The notes under the pieces: generated by a model
Databases searched by the model: none
What the model was told of the DNA's origin: nothing
Seen by the model: only the letters and a program-made list of their open reading frames with translations
Assembly (NCBI RefSeq): GCF_018350175.1
Contig: NC_058368.1
Location: 65,970,001-66,034,000, forward strand
DNA length: 64,000 bases
Source of the DNA: Felis catus
Taxonomy: Eukaryota
Direction: 5' to 3'
Shown here: in pieces, positions 28,057-40,134 of the stretch
Layout of the letters: every line of letters begins with the position of its first letter
Numbering within the stretch: the first letter of the stretch is position 1
Program-made: the position numbers and the translations under genes

Positions 28057-28429
28057 GAAACATTTTGCATATTATTGTATTTTCTTCTTAGAAATTTCTA
28101 TTAATATTGTATCCCATAATTATTCCAAGATGTAAACCTATTTTTAGGTAGCATGTGAAGGACAGACAAGATTTCTGTGTCCTCTTGATATCAAGGGACC
28201 AGATGTGAATTATCCAATCTGGTGTCTAGAAATAAATGCTTCTACCTTTGATTCCTTCCAGGGATAAAGTTATCTCTAGACCCTTTTAGTCTATGCTAAC
28301 TCACTTTGGTAAGTAGATAGACTGGCCAGACTAGATTGAGTTAAGTAGATAGACTGGCCAGAATAGATTGAGTTAGATATACTAAGTCTCAGAGATCAAC
28401 CAGGTAGCCAACTCTGCCAGAGACCTTTC

Positions 28430-28625
28430 TATAGCCAGGCACTATTCCAAATGTTTTACAAGTATTAACCATTTAATCCTCACAATGATGGTAAGATCTA
28501 GGTATAGATAGTATCTCCATTTTACACATGAGGGAACTGGACCATAAAAGGTTTCAGGAGATTGCCCAAGGTTGCACATCTAGTAAATATCAGAACTGGA
28601 GTTTACACCTCAGCAGTCTGACTCT
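28430..28625 (-). mobile_element. MIR
   Basis: catttaatcctcacaat...ccattttacacatgagggaactg...ttgcccaaggttgcaca. Confidence 0.7.
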
Positions 28626-30116
28626 CTCTGCCTCTAAAAACCCTCGAGAGTTACGTGTTTGAGTTTGTTACCTTACTCATCTTATCTGGCCTCCTGCAGG
28701 AAAAGACTACAAATAATCTCTCACACCCTTAGGCATGCTCTTCTCTTTGAAAACTTCAGATCTTGTCTGGGAGAGAGGGAAAGGGTAGGAATCATAAATC
28801 ACTATCTTTCCACTTTCAGCATGTCCCCCTCTTTGCTGGTATTTCCTCAAGCTCTAAAAGGTGGACTTTATCCTCTTAGGGTATCATGTGACCCTAGTTT
28901 TATTAGCGCAAAAGGATTTTAATATTGTGCATAATCACAGATGAAATACACACCTCCCCAAATTGCAGATAAGCCCTTAGTTAGCAACCTGAGTGAGTTC
29001 CTCCAAGATGGGTTTGACTCACTCATCTGTGTCATTCTCTTGAATCCCAACCAGAACACTTCACAGGCAGGTACCTGAGAGACAGCAGTATGTTTTGCAA
29101 TTGCACATTACCTCTGTACTTCCCCCAAAACACTCTGAGTTGGGGCAGTCAGAATCATCCTATGACTTGGGACTTGGTCTTCTACACAAATGTGCCTGCA
29201 ATGGAAGAAGTGTGGCAGAGAGAGTAACTGGAGAGTGGGGGTAAGAGGAGAGGACAGTGTTACAAAAATGGGAGCCAGGAGGCTGGTGTCCATGAAGGCT
29301 ATGTGTAGTTTGCCACTCGTCCAGGAATTGTCTGTAAATGTTTAGAAATACTGGCGTACTTTGCAGATTGGAACCCAAGTTCTTTCCCACCTCATTTGAT
29401 TTTCTCAGTGGCCTTCAATCCTCAGTCTCTGAGATACTGAAACCACCCTGTACTGTTGGGGATTATTGACATCATACAGAACAAAGAACCAGTTCACTGC
29501 TGGCATGTTTTATCTTTCCAACTGATGGGTTGTTTTGGCATCTTGGATATCATTGGTGCCATTTAAAACACATTACTTAAATCTAAATTTTAAGAGGAAA
29601 TCTTAAAATCTAAAAGAAGAAAATGTAAATAGTTTCTTTGGTCTAAATTGTCTGATCAAACAATAAAACACATCTACACTAAAATAGTGCACATGGAATA
29701 ACTGATCTCTGAATTTAAACCACCGTAGATTTAACCTCCAGCTGGATGTTTAGAAAATGAATAGTGAGAAGAGGTGGTTGGGGCACAATTTGGTTTTATA
29801 TGAAAAATTCACATTTTCACCTTCCTCTTTTTATATTCAAGTAAGAGTGTTCAGTTGAATCTTTAAAAGTTGGAATATATTTCTAAAAGAAAAAAAGATT
29901 CCTTATTTATTAACTTATGTTGCTGCCATAACAGAGAACTAAAAACACAATAGCTTTCGGATGCACAGACCATCACAATTCTTTTGAGTGATAAAGAGAA
30001 ATCTTAGTGTGGTTTGATTTTGCCAACACATACCAGACATTGTCTGCCATTAGCTTAGTGAACAGTTCAGAGTCAGAGATGATGAACATCTGCTTAAACC
30101 TCACAAGATGCTGGAT

Positions 30117-30281
30117 GGGGCGCCTGGGTGGCTCAGTCGGTTAAGCATCTGACTTCGGCTCAGGTCATGATCTCGTGGTTCACGAGTTCAAGCCCCACGT
30201 CGGGCTGTGTGCTGACTGCTCAGAGCCTTGAGCCTGCTTTGGATTCTGTGTCTTCTTCTCTCTCTGCCCCTCCCCTGCTTG

Positions 30282-30329
<48 letters not shown>

Positions 30330-30356
30330 AAAAATAAATAAATATTTAAAAAAAAA
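30117..30356 (+). mobile_element. CanSINE
   Basis: TSD aaacctcacaagat. Confidence 0.95.
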
Positions 30357-33300
30357 CCTCACAAGATACTTGAAAGTTTAGCTTGGTTGGAACATAGCTA
30401 ACTTCATATGTTCTAAACTGTTTTGAGTTGAAATTTTACCTTATTTTTAAAAAGTAATAAATGTAAATAGAGGTTTTAGGCAAATGTCCACGTTTATTTT
30501 TTTCTTCAGTTAGCCATTTCCACTAAAATACATGAAAGCCATGCTATTGTGCTTTACGTGAGGGTAGGATTTCCCGCTAGTTTCACCTAGATTGAACCTA
30601 ATATTAACAGCAGCTGGAGTTGGCTGTTGTCTATGGAGACTATTATACACAAGGCTATTCACCAAGCATGTTGCATAAATTATTTCTAGTTTCTGTAACA
30701 GCCCATTCAGATTGATATTATTATCTCCATTTTGCAAATGAAGAAACAGCCTCAGAAAAATTAAAGTTCAACAGCTGGCGAGTGCTCGAACCCTATCGCT
30801 CTCTCGATAAAATGGAGTCCATTACTAGAAGTTCCCCCAAAACATGGTTATTAATTTCATTTCACCTAAAATAACAGCAGGGTTGAAAGTGAAGCTTCAG
30901 TGAGGTTCAGTTAGGTATATGGCATACTTCCTCTTGAATCAGTAATAGCATTTTTTTTAACCTCCAAGTATCCGATAAGGTTTTCTTGTCCAAACTAATC
31001 CTTTGCAAGAATGATCTGATATAAGGATAATGAGGGATGTTCCGAAAGTTACCCCAGGTCACACAATTCACTAGCGGTGGTTGGCAAAAAAGAATTTTCT
31101 CTCTGTACCCTAGATTCTCTCCTTCTCACACTGTAGCCCTGCTGTTTTCCCTGAGGCTTCCTACATCCTAGATGATCTATAAATATTTGCTGAAAGACTG
31201 GATGCACGACTGAATAAGTACATGAAGGAATGAACACATAAATCCACAGTACTACCTACATGTGTGTTTGTTCTTCTTAAAGGTCTCTTATTTGGTGACA
31301 TGGATTCATATTCCTTTGAAATTTGAGTCTAGATGGTAAAAACCTGGAATATAACAAGTTATTTTGTTATGCAAATGCTGTTTCTGTCACCCCAAGAAGT
31401 ACTGTAAAGTGGTTTCAGTGTAGTATAAATTAAACATGATCCCTTTTTTGCTCTTTGGGCAGAAAATGAATGAGTAGAAGGTGAAAGTCTGTGAGCACAC
31501 ATAGTGGTGTTTGATAAACCTTTGTTGGATTAAATGGAATATTTCACAGCAATGGCAATAGGTAGACTTGTAGTCAGACTCTCAAATACCATGTGACAGT
31601 TCTGATTAGTTTTATCTCATCATTAATTAAGATTTCTTCAAGCGAAATCTATCAAGGAGAATTCATAGTACTTCATGTCTGGAATTTAACATCATGTACA
31701 TTGTCTTTTTCACGTTAAGTATACCTATCCCCCAAATGCTGCACCATTACTTTGTTTTCAGAGTCTCTCCTTTCTGCCTGGATATTACTTTTACAATTGA
31801 ATAATCATCTATTTTTATTACAGGCTGGCCTGATCTTCTATATTTTCCAAGATCACGATGAACATTATAAAATAAGCAAAATCATGAGCCTTGGAGAAAA
31901 GTGCTTTTGTAAAAAGGTTTTAGTGGTTTTGGTGACCATATATACTCTTTCTTCAATGACCTCACAAATTCTAGCTAATGAACAAAAGCTGCAAATAAAC
32001 ACTTTCATTTATTTATGATTCCCAAATAAAATATAAGTTTTCAATAGTTTAGTCTCCGATGAGAAAATTTTGTAAACACCAGGTGGGGAGGACACAGGTG
32101 ATGTAAATACCTTCCACATTTTCAAATGTCAGCTGTTCCCAAGAGACGACGCTTAAATAAACACCATCTACAGTCTTAGCAGATGTTATCAATGCACACC
32201 ACTTCAACTGTAGTTTTCCAATATCTGTGTTGTTAATAACAGTTCAGAGGAGATTTGAAGTGTTTTGATTTGAATCAATGGTCATTTAAAAAATAGCTGT
32301 GCTAAATGATGTATGTTTGTCTTTGGATCATCTCCCCTAAACAGATGGTATCTTTGGAATTGTGACACTTCATTGTTTCTGATGGCTGATGACTCATGGT
32401 AGGAAAATCCCAGCATACACAATTCATGAAAATAAGATTGTTTGCTGCAGCTAATTTTCAAACAGAATTTCAACAGATGTGACAATTTTACCAAGATGTC
32501 AAAATAAGAGCAACCCACCAACAAATCAAATCTGGCTCACGTTCAGTCCTTTGGTATCATTCTGCTTTGTGTCTGGTATCAGGAGACTGTGTATCAATGT
32601 CATCCCTGATAACATGATCATTTCAGATGGCACACGGTCCATTTTCTCATCGTCCCCAATGGCTCACTTTGCAGTCACAATGCAATACTTCCAGGTTTTT
32701 CTTCTTCTCCACTTTCCCCAGCCCACATATTACCAAAGGAACAATGTTTGTAACTGATCTTTAGACTTGTTTGGAAATAAAATGAGGTCATCCACCAGAG
32801 ACACTTAGAGGTCATGGAGAAAGATGATCATTATGAAGGGATTTCAGGTTTAGCTGTGAATCTGTTCGACTGATAACCTTGCATAGCTAAAAAGCTAACT
32901 CCCGTAACAATTCAGAGTCATCGTATCCTTGACCAACATGGCAGGACTAGCCCTGAGAAAATGAGGTCAGCGTGCAGTGGTATCATGCATTATTTTGTGT
33001 GTCAAAAAAGGCCATAAAAGTAGCCCATTATAATCAATGACAACTGGACAAGCAATAATGTTAAAATACTGGATTCTCATTACAGGGAGCTGACACAACA
33101 GAATACTGAGCACCACTCAGGGTAGCCCAGCACAAAAACCTTTTATGATGTGTCATCCTCTGCAAGGGCTAATCAGAAACAAAGATAAAAGAGAAGAGGG
33201 GATAACATTTGTGCAAAGTAAATCCTATTTTAAAGAGTAATGAGACTGGGGTATAATTTTTGTTTTTAAAGAATAAGCTGGTATTGTGTGTGGTAAAAAG

Positions 33301-33682
33301 TCTCAACTGCATTTTCTCTGAAGAGCATACTTTTATTTCTGATCAGCCTTCCAGAAATTCCTATGGGGCAAAGGTGTGAGCGAAAGCAATACAATGAAAA
33401 TTCTATTGTTTCTTCTCTTTCTGAGGTGACTGGTGTAATACTCATGCCACATTATTCAGCTATTAGAAAGAGAAAATAGCCTAAAGTTTTCCATTTCCAT
33501 TTAGTCTCAAGTAATTCTCATTCTATTCCATAGGCTTCTACATGGGAATAAAATATGTTACAGCATGCAGTACATTTCAAAAAATACCTCACATTCAAAG
33601 CCCTTATCAAGAGAAGAAAGTTATAATACTGTTTCTACTATATGGAAAAAAGAAAGAAGCCAGTTGAGAAGATAGCTCATTC

Positions 33683-34122
33683 TGGGGCACCTCGGTGGCT
33701 CAGTCAGTTAAGCATCTGACTTCAACCCAGGTCATGATCTCGTGGCTTATGAGTTTGAACCCTGCGTTGGGCTCTGTGCTGATAGCTCAAAGCCTGGAGA
33801 CTGCTTTGGATTCTGTGTGTGTCTCTCTCTGCCTCTTTCCCAGCTCACACTCTGTACCTCTCTCTTTCTCTCAAAAATAAAGTGGGGCGCCTGGGTGGCG
33901 CAGTCGGTTAAGCGTCTGACTTCAGCCAGGTCACGATCTCGCGGTCCGTGAGTTCGAGCCCCGCGTCAGGCTCTGGGCTGATGGCTCGGAGCCTGGAGCC
34001 TGTTTCCGATTCTGTGTCTCCCTCTCTCTCTGCCCCTCCCCCGTTCATGCTCTGTCTCTCTCTGTCCCAAAAATTAAAAAAAATAAAAAAAAAAGTTGAA
34101 AAAAAAAAAGAAAAAAAAATAA
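33683..34122 (+). mobile_element. Tandem CanSINEs: a young copy (33884-34120) inserted into the A tail of an older copy (33683-33882)
   Basis: Two heads; the young copy is flanked by aaaataaagt. Confidence 0.93.
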
Positions 34123-34184
34123 AGTATTACATAGAAAATTATTAAGTATTTGGAAATTACTATAAATTTCATGTTTTTTGAGCA

Positions 34185-34875
34185 AAGGAAGTTTGGCAGA
34201 TTAAGAATCACCACAAATACTTTATAACTCTTCTCAAGGGGAGGAATCTGTTTCCCTCCTCTCTCTATCTAGGCTGTACTTATGTCTTGCTTTTATGATG
34301 TGGCAGATGTGATCCCATGGGACTTGGTAGCTGAAGCTCAAGAGATCTTTGACCTTCCCCTCTTGCCTTCTTAGAATTCTATCTTGGGGCACCTGGATGG
34401 CTCAGTTGGTTAAGCATCCAACTTCATGTGGATGTGTTTGAGCCCCACATCAGGCTCTCTGCTGTCAGCACAGGGCCTGCTTCGGATCCTCTGCCTCCCT
34501 CTCTCTTTGCCCCTCCCTGGGTCACTCATGCTTGCTATCTCTCTCTCTCAAAAATAAAAAAAATAATAATAAAAACATCAACAGAAAACAAAAAAAGAAT
34601 GCTATCTCCAGTAGGTGAACAGAGCAAGCCTTCTGAAGGGGCCAATGGAGAGAAATGGAGAGGGCCTGGCTGCCACCTTACCATCTGCTGGGTATGTGTG
34701 CAAAGCCTGTTTAGACCCTCCAGCCCAGGTCAAGCCACCAGACATCTACTGTCTCATAGATGATCTCAGGGGAGACCTGCAGAAAAACTGACCAGCTGAG
34801 CCCAGCCAAAATCACTGATGCTCAGAATCATAGGCAAATAATGTATTGTTTGAAGCCAGTAGGTTTTATGGCAAT
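34185..34875. mobile_element. MLT1 LTR containing a CanSINE (34386-34595)
   Basis: accagctgagcccagccaaaat...tgtttgaagccagtaggtttt; SINE head ggggcacctggatggctcag. Confidence 0.7.
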
Positions 34876-35374
34876 AAATTATGGGGTAAAAAGATGACTA
34901 GTAATGGAAAAGTAGCGTGAAAGTCAGGTCTAGCCTGGCCAGCCCTCTCTCTGCAGCCCAGCACACCCATAGTGCCATCTCTTTTGCTGTGACCACAGGC
35001 CAGTTATAAAAGAGAAAGCACTATGGTCGTTTGTCATGAACTCTCTCTTTACATCTCCTGGGAAAAATTATTCCACTGAGGGCATCAACTGAGTTAAATC
35101 ACAAGCTGAGATAAACCTCCTGAGGCACATTTTCTCATATGGTCCACTTTAATTCCAAATGACTCATTCTAGTGGTCCTTCTGAATGTTACAGGTTACAG
35201 ACAAATCTGCCTAATGGATACCTCAACGTTGATGACATAATAGCAAATAAGAATGTAACCATGGTACAGCTACGTATCAATAACACAGACTGTTGGGGAA
35301 CTGGGTGGGTCCTCATCTCCCCTACTTGCCTAAAACAATATAAGAGTTAGGCAAGGTACATTTCCTCTCATGTA

Positions 35375-35424
35375 TTGTTTGTTTGTTTGTTTGTTTGTTT
35401 GTTTGTTTGTTTGTTTGTTTGTTT
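35375..35424. repeat. (TTTG)n microsatellite
   Basis: Direct observation. Confidence 0.95.
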
Positions 35425-36533
35425 TAACTTTGCATGAGCTACCAGACCTCTGCTTTGGGGCATACTTACCTTATGCACTTTAACTTCCTCTACATCCTTT
35501 GCTCTGCTTATTTACTGATCCAAGAAAGTGTAAGAGATCTTAGCTGAGCCCAAATCACCACCCTGGACTAGTCTTTGTGGCCTCACCTAGTATAGCTACC
35601 AAGTGCTTTAAGAGCAAAGGAGAGTTTAATATCAGCTTTGTTTATTCTTTTGTTTCTTTGTTTTTAAAGATCGAAGGTGATGCCGCAGAGTTCAGCATTT
35701 TCTTCCTAACCAATGTTTTGGACTTGGATAATAAGGCAGAAAGATGAGTGAGGAAGGGAAGCTTGAAAGAAAGTCTCCTGGTACAGGAAGTGATGATGTT
35801 GAAATAGTCACGCAGATTGGTAACTTTGCCACATTTCACTCCGTTTCATTGCCACAGACATTTATTGAGCAATTGCAGCGTGACAGCCATTTTGCTGCAT
35901 GAGATGCCCCTAAAGACTGCATTGTCTCCCAACACCACATACACTGTTAGATTGAAAATGGTTTGTGTTCTGTTCCTATATACTTAGGTCATCTGTTGAA
36001 GACTGAAAATGTTGTACATCTCTATTTCCCATGCTGAAGCATACAGTAAAAGCTCAATAAATATCTGTGATTCTTATCCAACAAATGTTGCTGCTTCCTT
36101 CCACCTGAGTTATGGACTGTGAGATCTTTCTGGTGTTTATTCTACACAGTGTCTATCGCTGTGTAGAGCTCGCAGAGCCTTTATCTCATGATAACAAAGT
36201 GACATAAGACAAATATTTAAGTGATTTCTCTAGTCATCCCTTAATATATGAAATCAATTCATTTTTAGACAATGAACGACTTAAGGTGAATTCTAAAAGT
36301 CCTCACTCTTTTTACCAATCAGGATCATTGTAAGCTCCCAGAACATAGATGTAAGATCTTATTGGTCTCCTAAGTCCCTCTAACACCACATGCATTAGAA
36401 CCCTTTAATAACTGTTGGCAAACTGACTGAATTGATCCTCTGTAAATAGAATCTAATAAGTAATTCCCTGGGCATTGATTCAGTAAAATTAAATGTCACT
36501 GTCTAAGTTCTTTCTAGAAATGCTTATGAATAC

Positions 36534-36838
36534 ATGAATAAAAAGAAGGCATTAGGGGGGCTCCTTTTAAGGTAAAATTTGTACCTGAAATTTTTATTTT
36601 AATTCCTCTGAACTCAGGTCTTTCAAAGGAACTTAAGTACAAAGCACAGCTTTGTCTCTTGAGATAAAGTGCCCAGTATAAGAGAAAAAATGAAAGAATG
36701 CCCAGTTGGTGTGGGGCAGAGATTGGGCTCTGGGAGTGCAGAGCGAACCCCAAAAATACTGAGAAAAATAAGAGCTTAATACATTTAAATGTTTATTTTA
36801 AGGACAATATTAAGTATGAAAAATCAAAGGTCTTTTGA
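36534..36838 (+). pseudogene. Endogenous bornavirus-like matrix (M) remnant, EBLM-type
   Basis: ATG at 36534 (MNKK), one frameshift in the G-run at 36555-36560, then a single frame FKVKFVPE...LLR*SAQYKR...SLIHLNVYFKDNIKY to TGA at 36836. This resembles BoDV-1 M MNSK..LKDKVIVPG...KEPLQLPR...LNSLSVYKDPIRKY (from memory) with similar spacing, and it lies directly upstream of the L-like segment. Confidence 0.5.
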
Positions 36839-38344
36839 ATATTTAAACTTCTAGCTTTATCTGAAGGCAATTCTATAATCACTTAATTCTGTGAAAAAGC
36901 AATTGACTAGCAAAATTAGTTTTAAAAACAGTTTTTAATATTCACAAGGCAATTCGCTTGCATTATACTAGCATTTGTCTTTAACTGAATGTGTTCCATT
37001 AGTATAAGGCAACCTATAGAGAGTACTGTCTTATTTGTAGCAAAACCTTTTCTGAAGAAGCACATGATTAGTTACAAAGCACCTGAAATCAAAGACTTAG
37101 AGAAAAGTCACATTTAATCCAATTAAAATAGCCAGAAGCTTGCATATCCTTTAAAAAAAAAATCTCAAATTAGAAACCTTTACAGGTTTTTCTGAGACTG
37201 GCTTTGGAATACATAAAAGTGATAGTATTGTATCCCATTCTAATGAATGGGGATCATGGACATTTCCATAGCTCTTGTTTTATTCCCATTTAATATTAAA
37301 TATACAGATCTATAAATTTAGATAGATATTTACAGAGATTAAAAAATAGAGTTTAGTGTATGCTGCACTATCATGATTTAGTATATAACTATTTGGAATG
37401 ATTGAGTAACTGGAAGACTTGAGAAATATTTGATGCTTGACATTGGTATTGATTTAATTTCCCCTAATATTTCTGGATCTTACAGGATCTGGTCATCTCC
37501 TAAAAACGATGGCTTTTTATTAGGCAAGGTTTGTACCCTTGAGCTGTATCGACACTAGATATTCAGAAGCATGAAAAATAATCTGGCCCAGCCAACGAGT
37601 TAGGAAAAATGTGCTCTACACTGAAGTTATCTGCCCCGCTACATTCTAAGTCTCCCAGTTTTATGGCAGCCAGGTGGTTTGGGTTGTTAATATCATCCGT
37701 GGTTTGGTACTGATTGGAGTGGTTCTAGCAGTAAAGCTCATCTACCTGGTTCATCTATGGACACATGACTCAGTTTAGACCACGGAAGACTGAAGATAGA
37801 GTTGATGGGGGCTTTAGACAAAGATTCTCCTTTGCCCTGCCATGAGAGCTACTAGAAGAAACCCTTACTCTCCCTGGATGTAGAAAAGAAACAGAGGGTC
37901 CTGGTTGCGCATGGCCGCCTGCTGTAACCTTAGAACAAGGCGTAGCCCAGGGATGCCTAAATAGAGAGATGAAATGCATCCATTGCCTTGGTGATACCAC
38001 TAACCATCTACAAACTGGTGACCCTCACCTCTGCACCTCCTGTTACTCTTTTCCTCTTGGGCTCTTTTTTAAGGCTGCTTTCTAGTGCATTCCTCATCTC
38101 CATTTTGCAGGGGAAGGCCTTCTAGCTGATACAGTGAACATATAAACACTTTTAAGCAAAGAGCAATTAACAAAGGACATTTACATACAGGATTTCACCT
38201 GATCTTTGCCAGGTGTTACTGCCTCCTACTTGGGAAGAAAGTGAAACATAGAGAAGTTAAGGTACCCACCTGGGGTCCACATGGTGAATTGAGCCTCACT
38301 TTGCAAGATAATTTGAAAAAATAAAAAGAAGTCTTAAAGGGTCT

Positions 38345-38748
38345 TTTTATTATTTTTTTAAGTAAAACTTTGTTGAGATAGAACTGGCATATAATATTAT
38401 GTAACTTTAAGGTGTATGATATGTTGGTTCGATGCATTTATATATTAAAATATTATTGCTACCATATCCTTAGCTAACATCTCCATCATGTCCCATAATT
38501 GTCATTTCTTTTTTGTGATGAGGACATTTGAAATCCATTTGCTTTGGCAATTTTGCAATGTATTATACAGTATATGAAATATATATACTTGAAAGTATAT
38601 GAAATATGATAATATGAAATATGATTCAGCTACGAGAAAGAAGGAAATCCTCACATTTGCTACACCATGGATGGACCTTGAGTGCATTATGCTAAGTGAG
38701 ATAAGGCAGACAGAGAAAGACAAATGCTGTATAATCTCACTTATACGT
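38345..38748 (-). mobile_element. Old L1 3' fragment with inversion, inserted within the EBLL
   Basis: Minus-oriented 3'UTR at 38345-38570, then plus-oriented YDSATRKKEILTFATPWMDLECIMLSEI segment at ~38610-38748. Confidence 0.8.
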
Positions 38749-40106
38749 GTAGCTGAAGGCACCTGTTTATATTCATTCTCCTCTTGTTCATTCTGCCACA
38801 GAATGTGTACCTAAACTAAGCCTTTAGGAATGGCACCAGACAGCGATCAGTCTGTAGGGGCTCTTTGTGGCCATATACCACTGACCGGGGTGTCCTGCAG
38901 AAAAGCCATAGTACCATAAATCAGATCTGCTTAAGGACTGAAGTTTTCACAGACACAGCAAAACCTGAGAAACAGAAATTGAAAAATAGCGTGCTATCTT
39001 ATTGGAAAGGTTCGGAAGGAGGCAGTATATAGAGAACAGTAATCAAGAGTTCCCTAAATGAAAGAAGTGCTTATTCCGTCCTTTCCAAGACGGTCAACCT
39101 CGTGTATAATGTAATTACGAGGATTACTGGTTGTGTTTTCCGACGGATTACGCTTCCCTCTTAGCGGGATATTCTTCTCAGCCCTTCCAGGACAGCCTTC
39201 CATGCATGTTCTCGCAGCTGCTGGAAGCCTAAGATTAAATGAATAATGAGACACCCATTGATGCGATACTGTGTCGTATTATGGAACCTCTGGTCACTCA
39301 CACTTCACACCCCATTAATTAGGTGCTAATTGCAAAAGCTACTTAAAAGTAGTTTTTGCCTTGCTCTCTGCCCTAACAACCTGCTCTTAGTATGAAACTC
39401 CCCTCAATATCAAAGCCTCAGAGAAACAAGCCTAATATTTGCAATGTTAAGGTTACAGATTTTAGCCTCAAAGGAAAGCTGTGCAGAAGCTGAAGTTTTC
39501 GTAGCAGAGCTACTGCCCTCATTATGCATTCAACGTGCTTTAAAAGGGCAAAATATGACATGGCAAAATTATCTTTCTACAAGGACTTGTATTTTGATAG
39601 TTACCCGGTAATCAGTTATCCAGAGTAAGAGTCGTGTCATTTCAAAAAATAGAAACAAAAAAGATGTCACTCAAAATCAAATTAGATTTCTCCCAAGGCA
39701 ACTACTTTTAAAACATTTTTGCTGTTATAATAATAAAGTATTCTACACTGAGGATCAGGTTCATGAGGACACTGAACTTCCATAAATCAACCATTTCTGC
39801 CTGATTTCGTTCAAAACAAATTATTTCACTTCCTTCAAGCTGAGGCACCAACCCTTTTACTTTACATGACTCAGACATGTCTGAACATATTAACAGAAAT
39901 TTTCTAAAAGATTCACCTTTGAAGAAGTAATTCATTGACAAAATAACTAGAGAATGAGAGACTTGAAAGCAACTAAAGGATGTGATATAAACTTTGGAAG
40001 TTTCTTTTACTGATCTAAAATATAGTATTAATTGTGGAAAACCATAATCTAAACTCAGACAAATTACCAAAAAAAGAAAAAAAAAGCCCTGAAATACAAC
40101 TTGCAT

Positions 40107-40134
40107 GGGGCGCCTGGGTGGCTCAGTCGCTAAG
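40107..40134 (+). mobile_element. CanSINE head-only stub
   Basis: ggggcgcctgggtggctcagtcgctaag flanked by caacttgc repeats. Confidence 0.8.

Noticed and set aside
35640..36520. Search for bornaviral G, P or N upstream of the M-like frame
   Set aside because: No anchors found by eye; the sequence resembles host L2 3' remnants.
39140..39175. DYASLLAGY as polymerase motif A
   Set aside because: Neighbouring GY/FF and LPC anchors place this segment downstream of motif A. Motif A is more likely the degenerate stretch at ~39095-39145 and cannot be fixed by eye.
39054..39254. Minus-strand ORF with IIHEVDRLGKD, resembling a clamp-loader Walker B motif
   Set aside because: An isolated short match with no other AAA+ motifs; it lies antisense to the EBLL.
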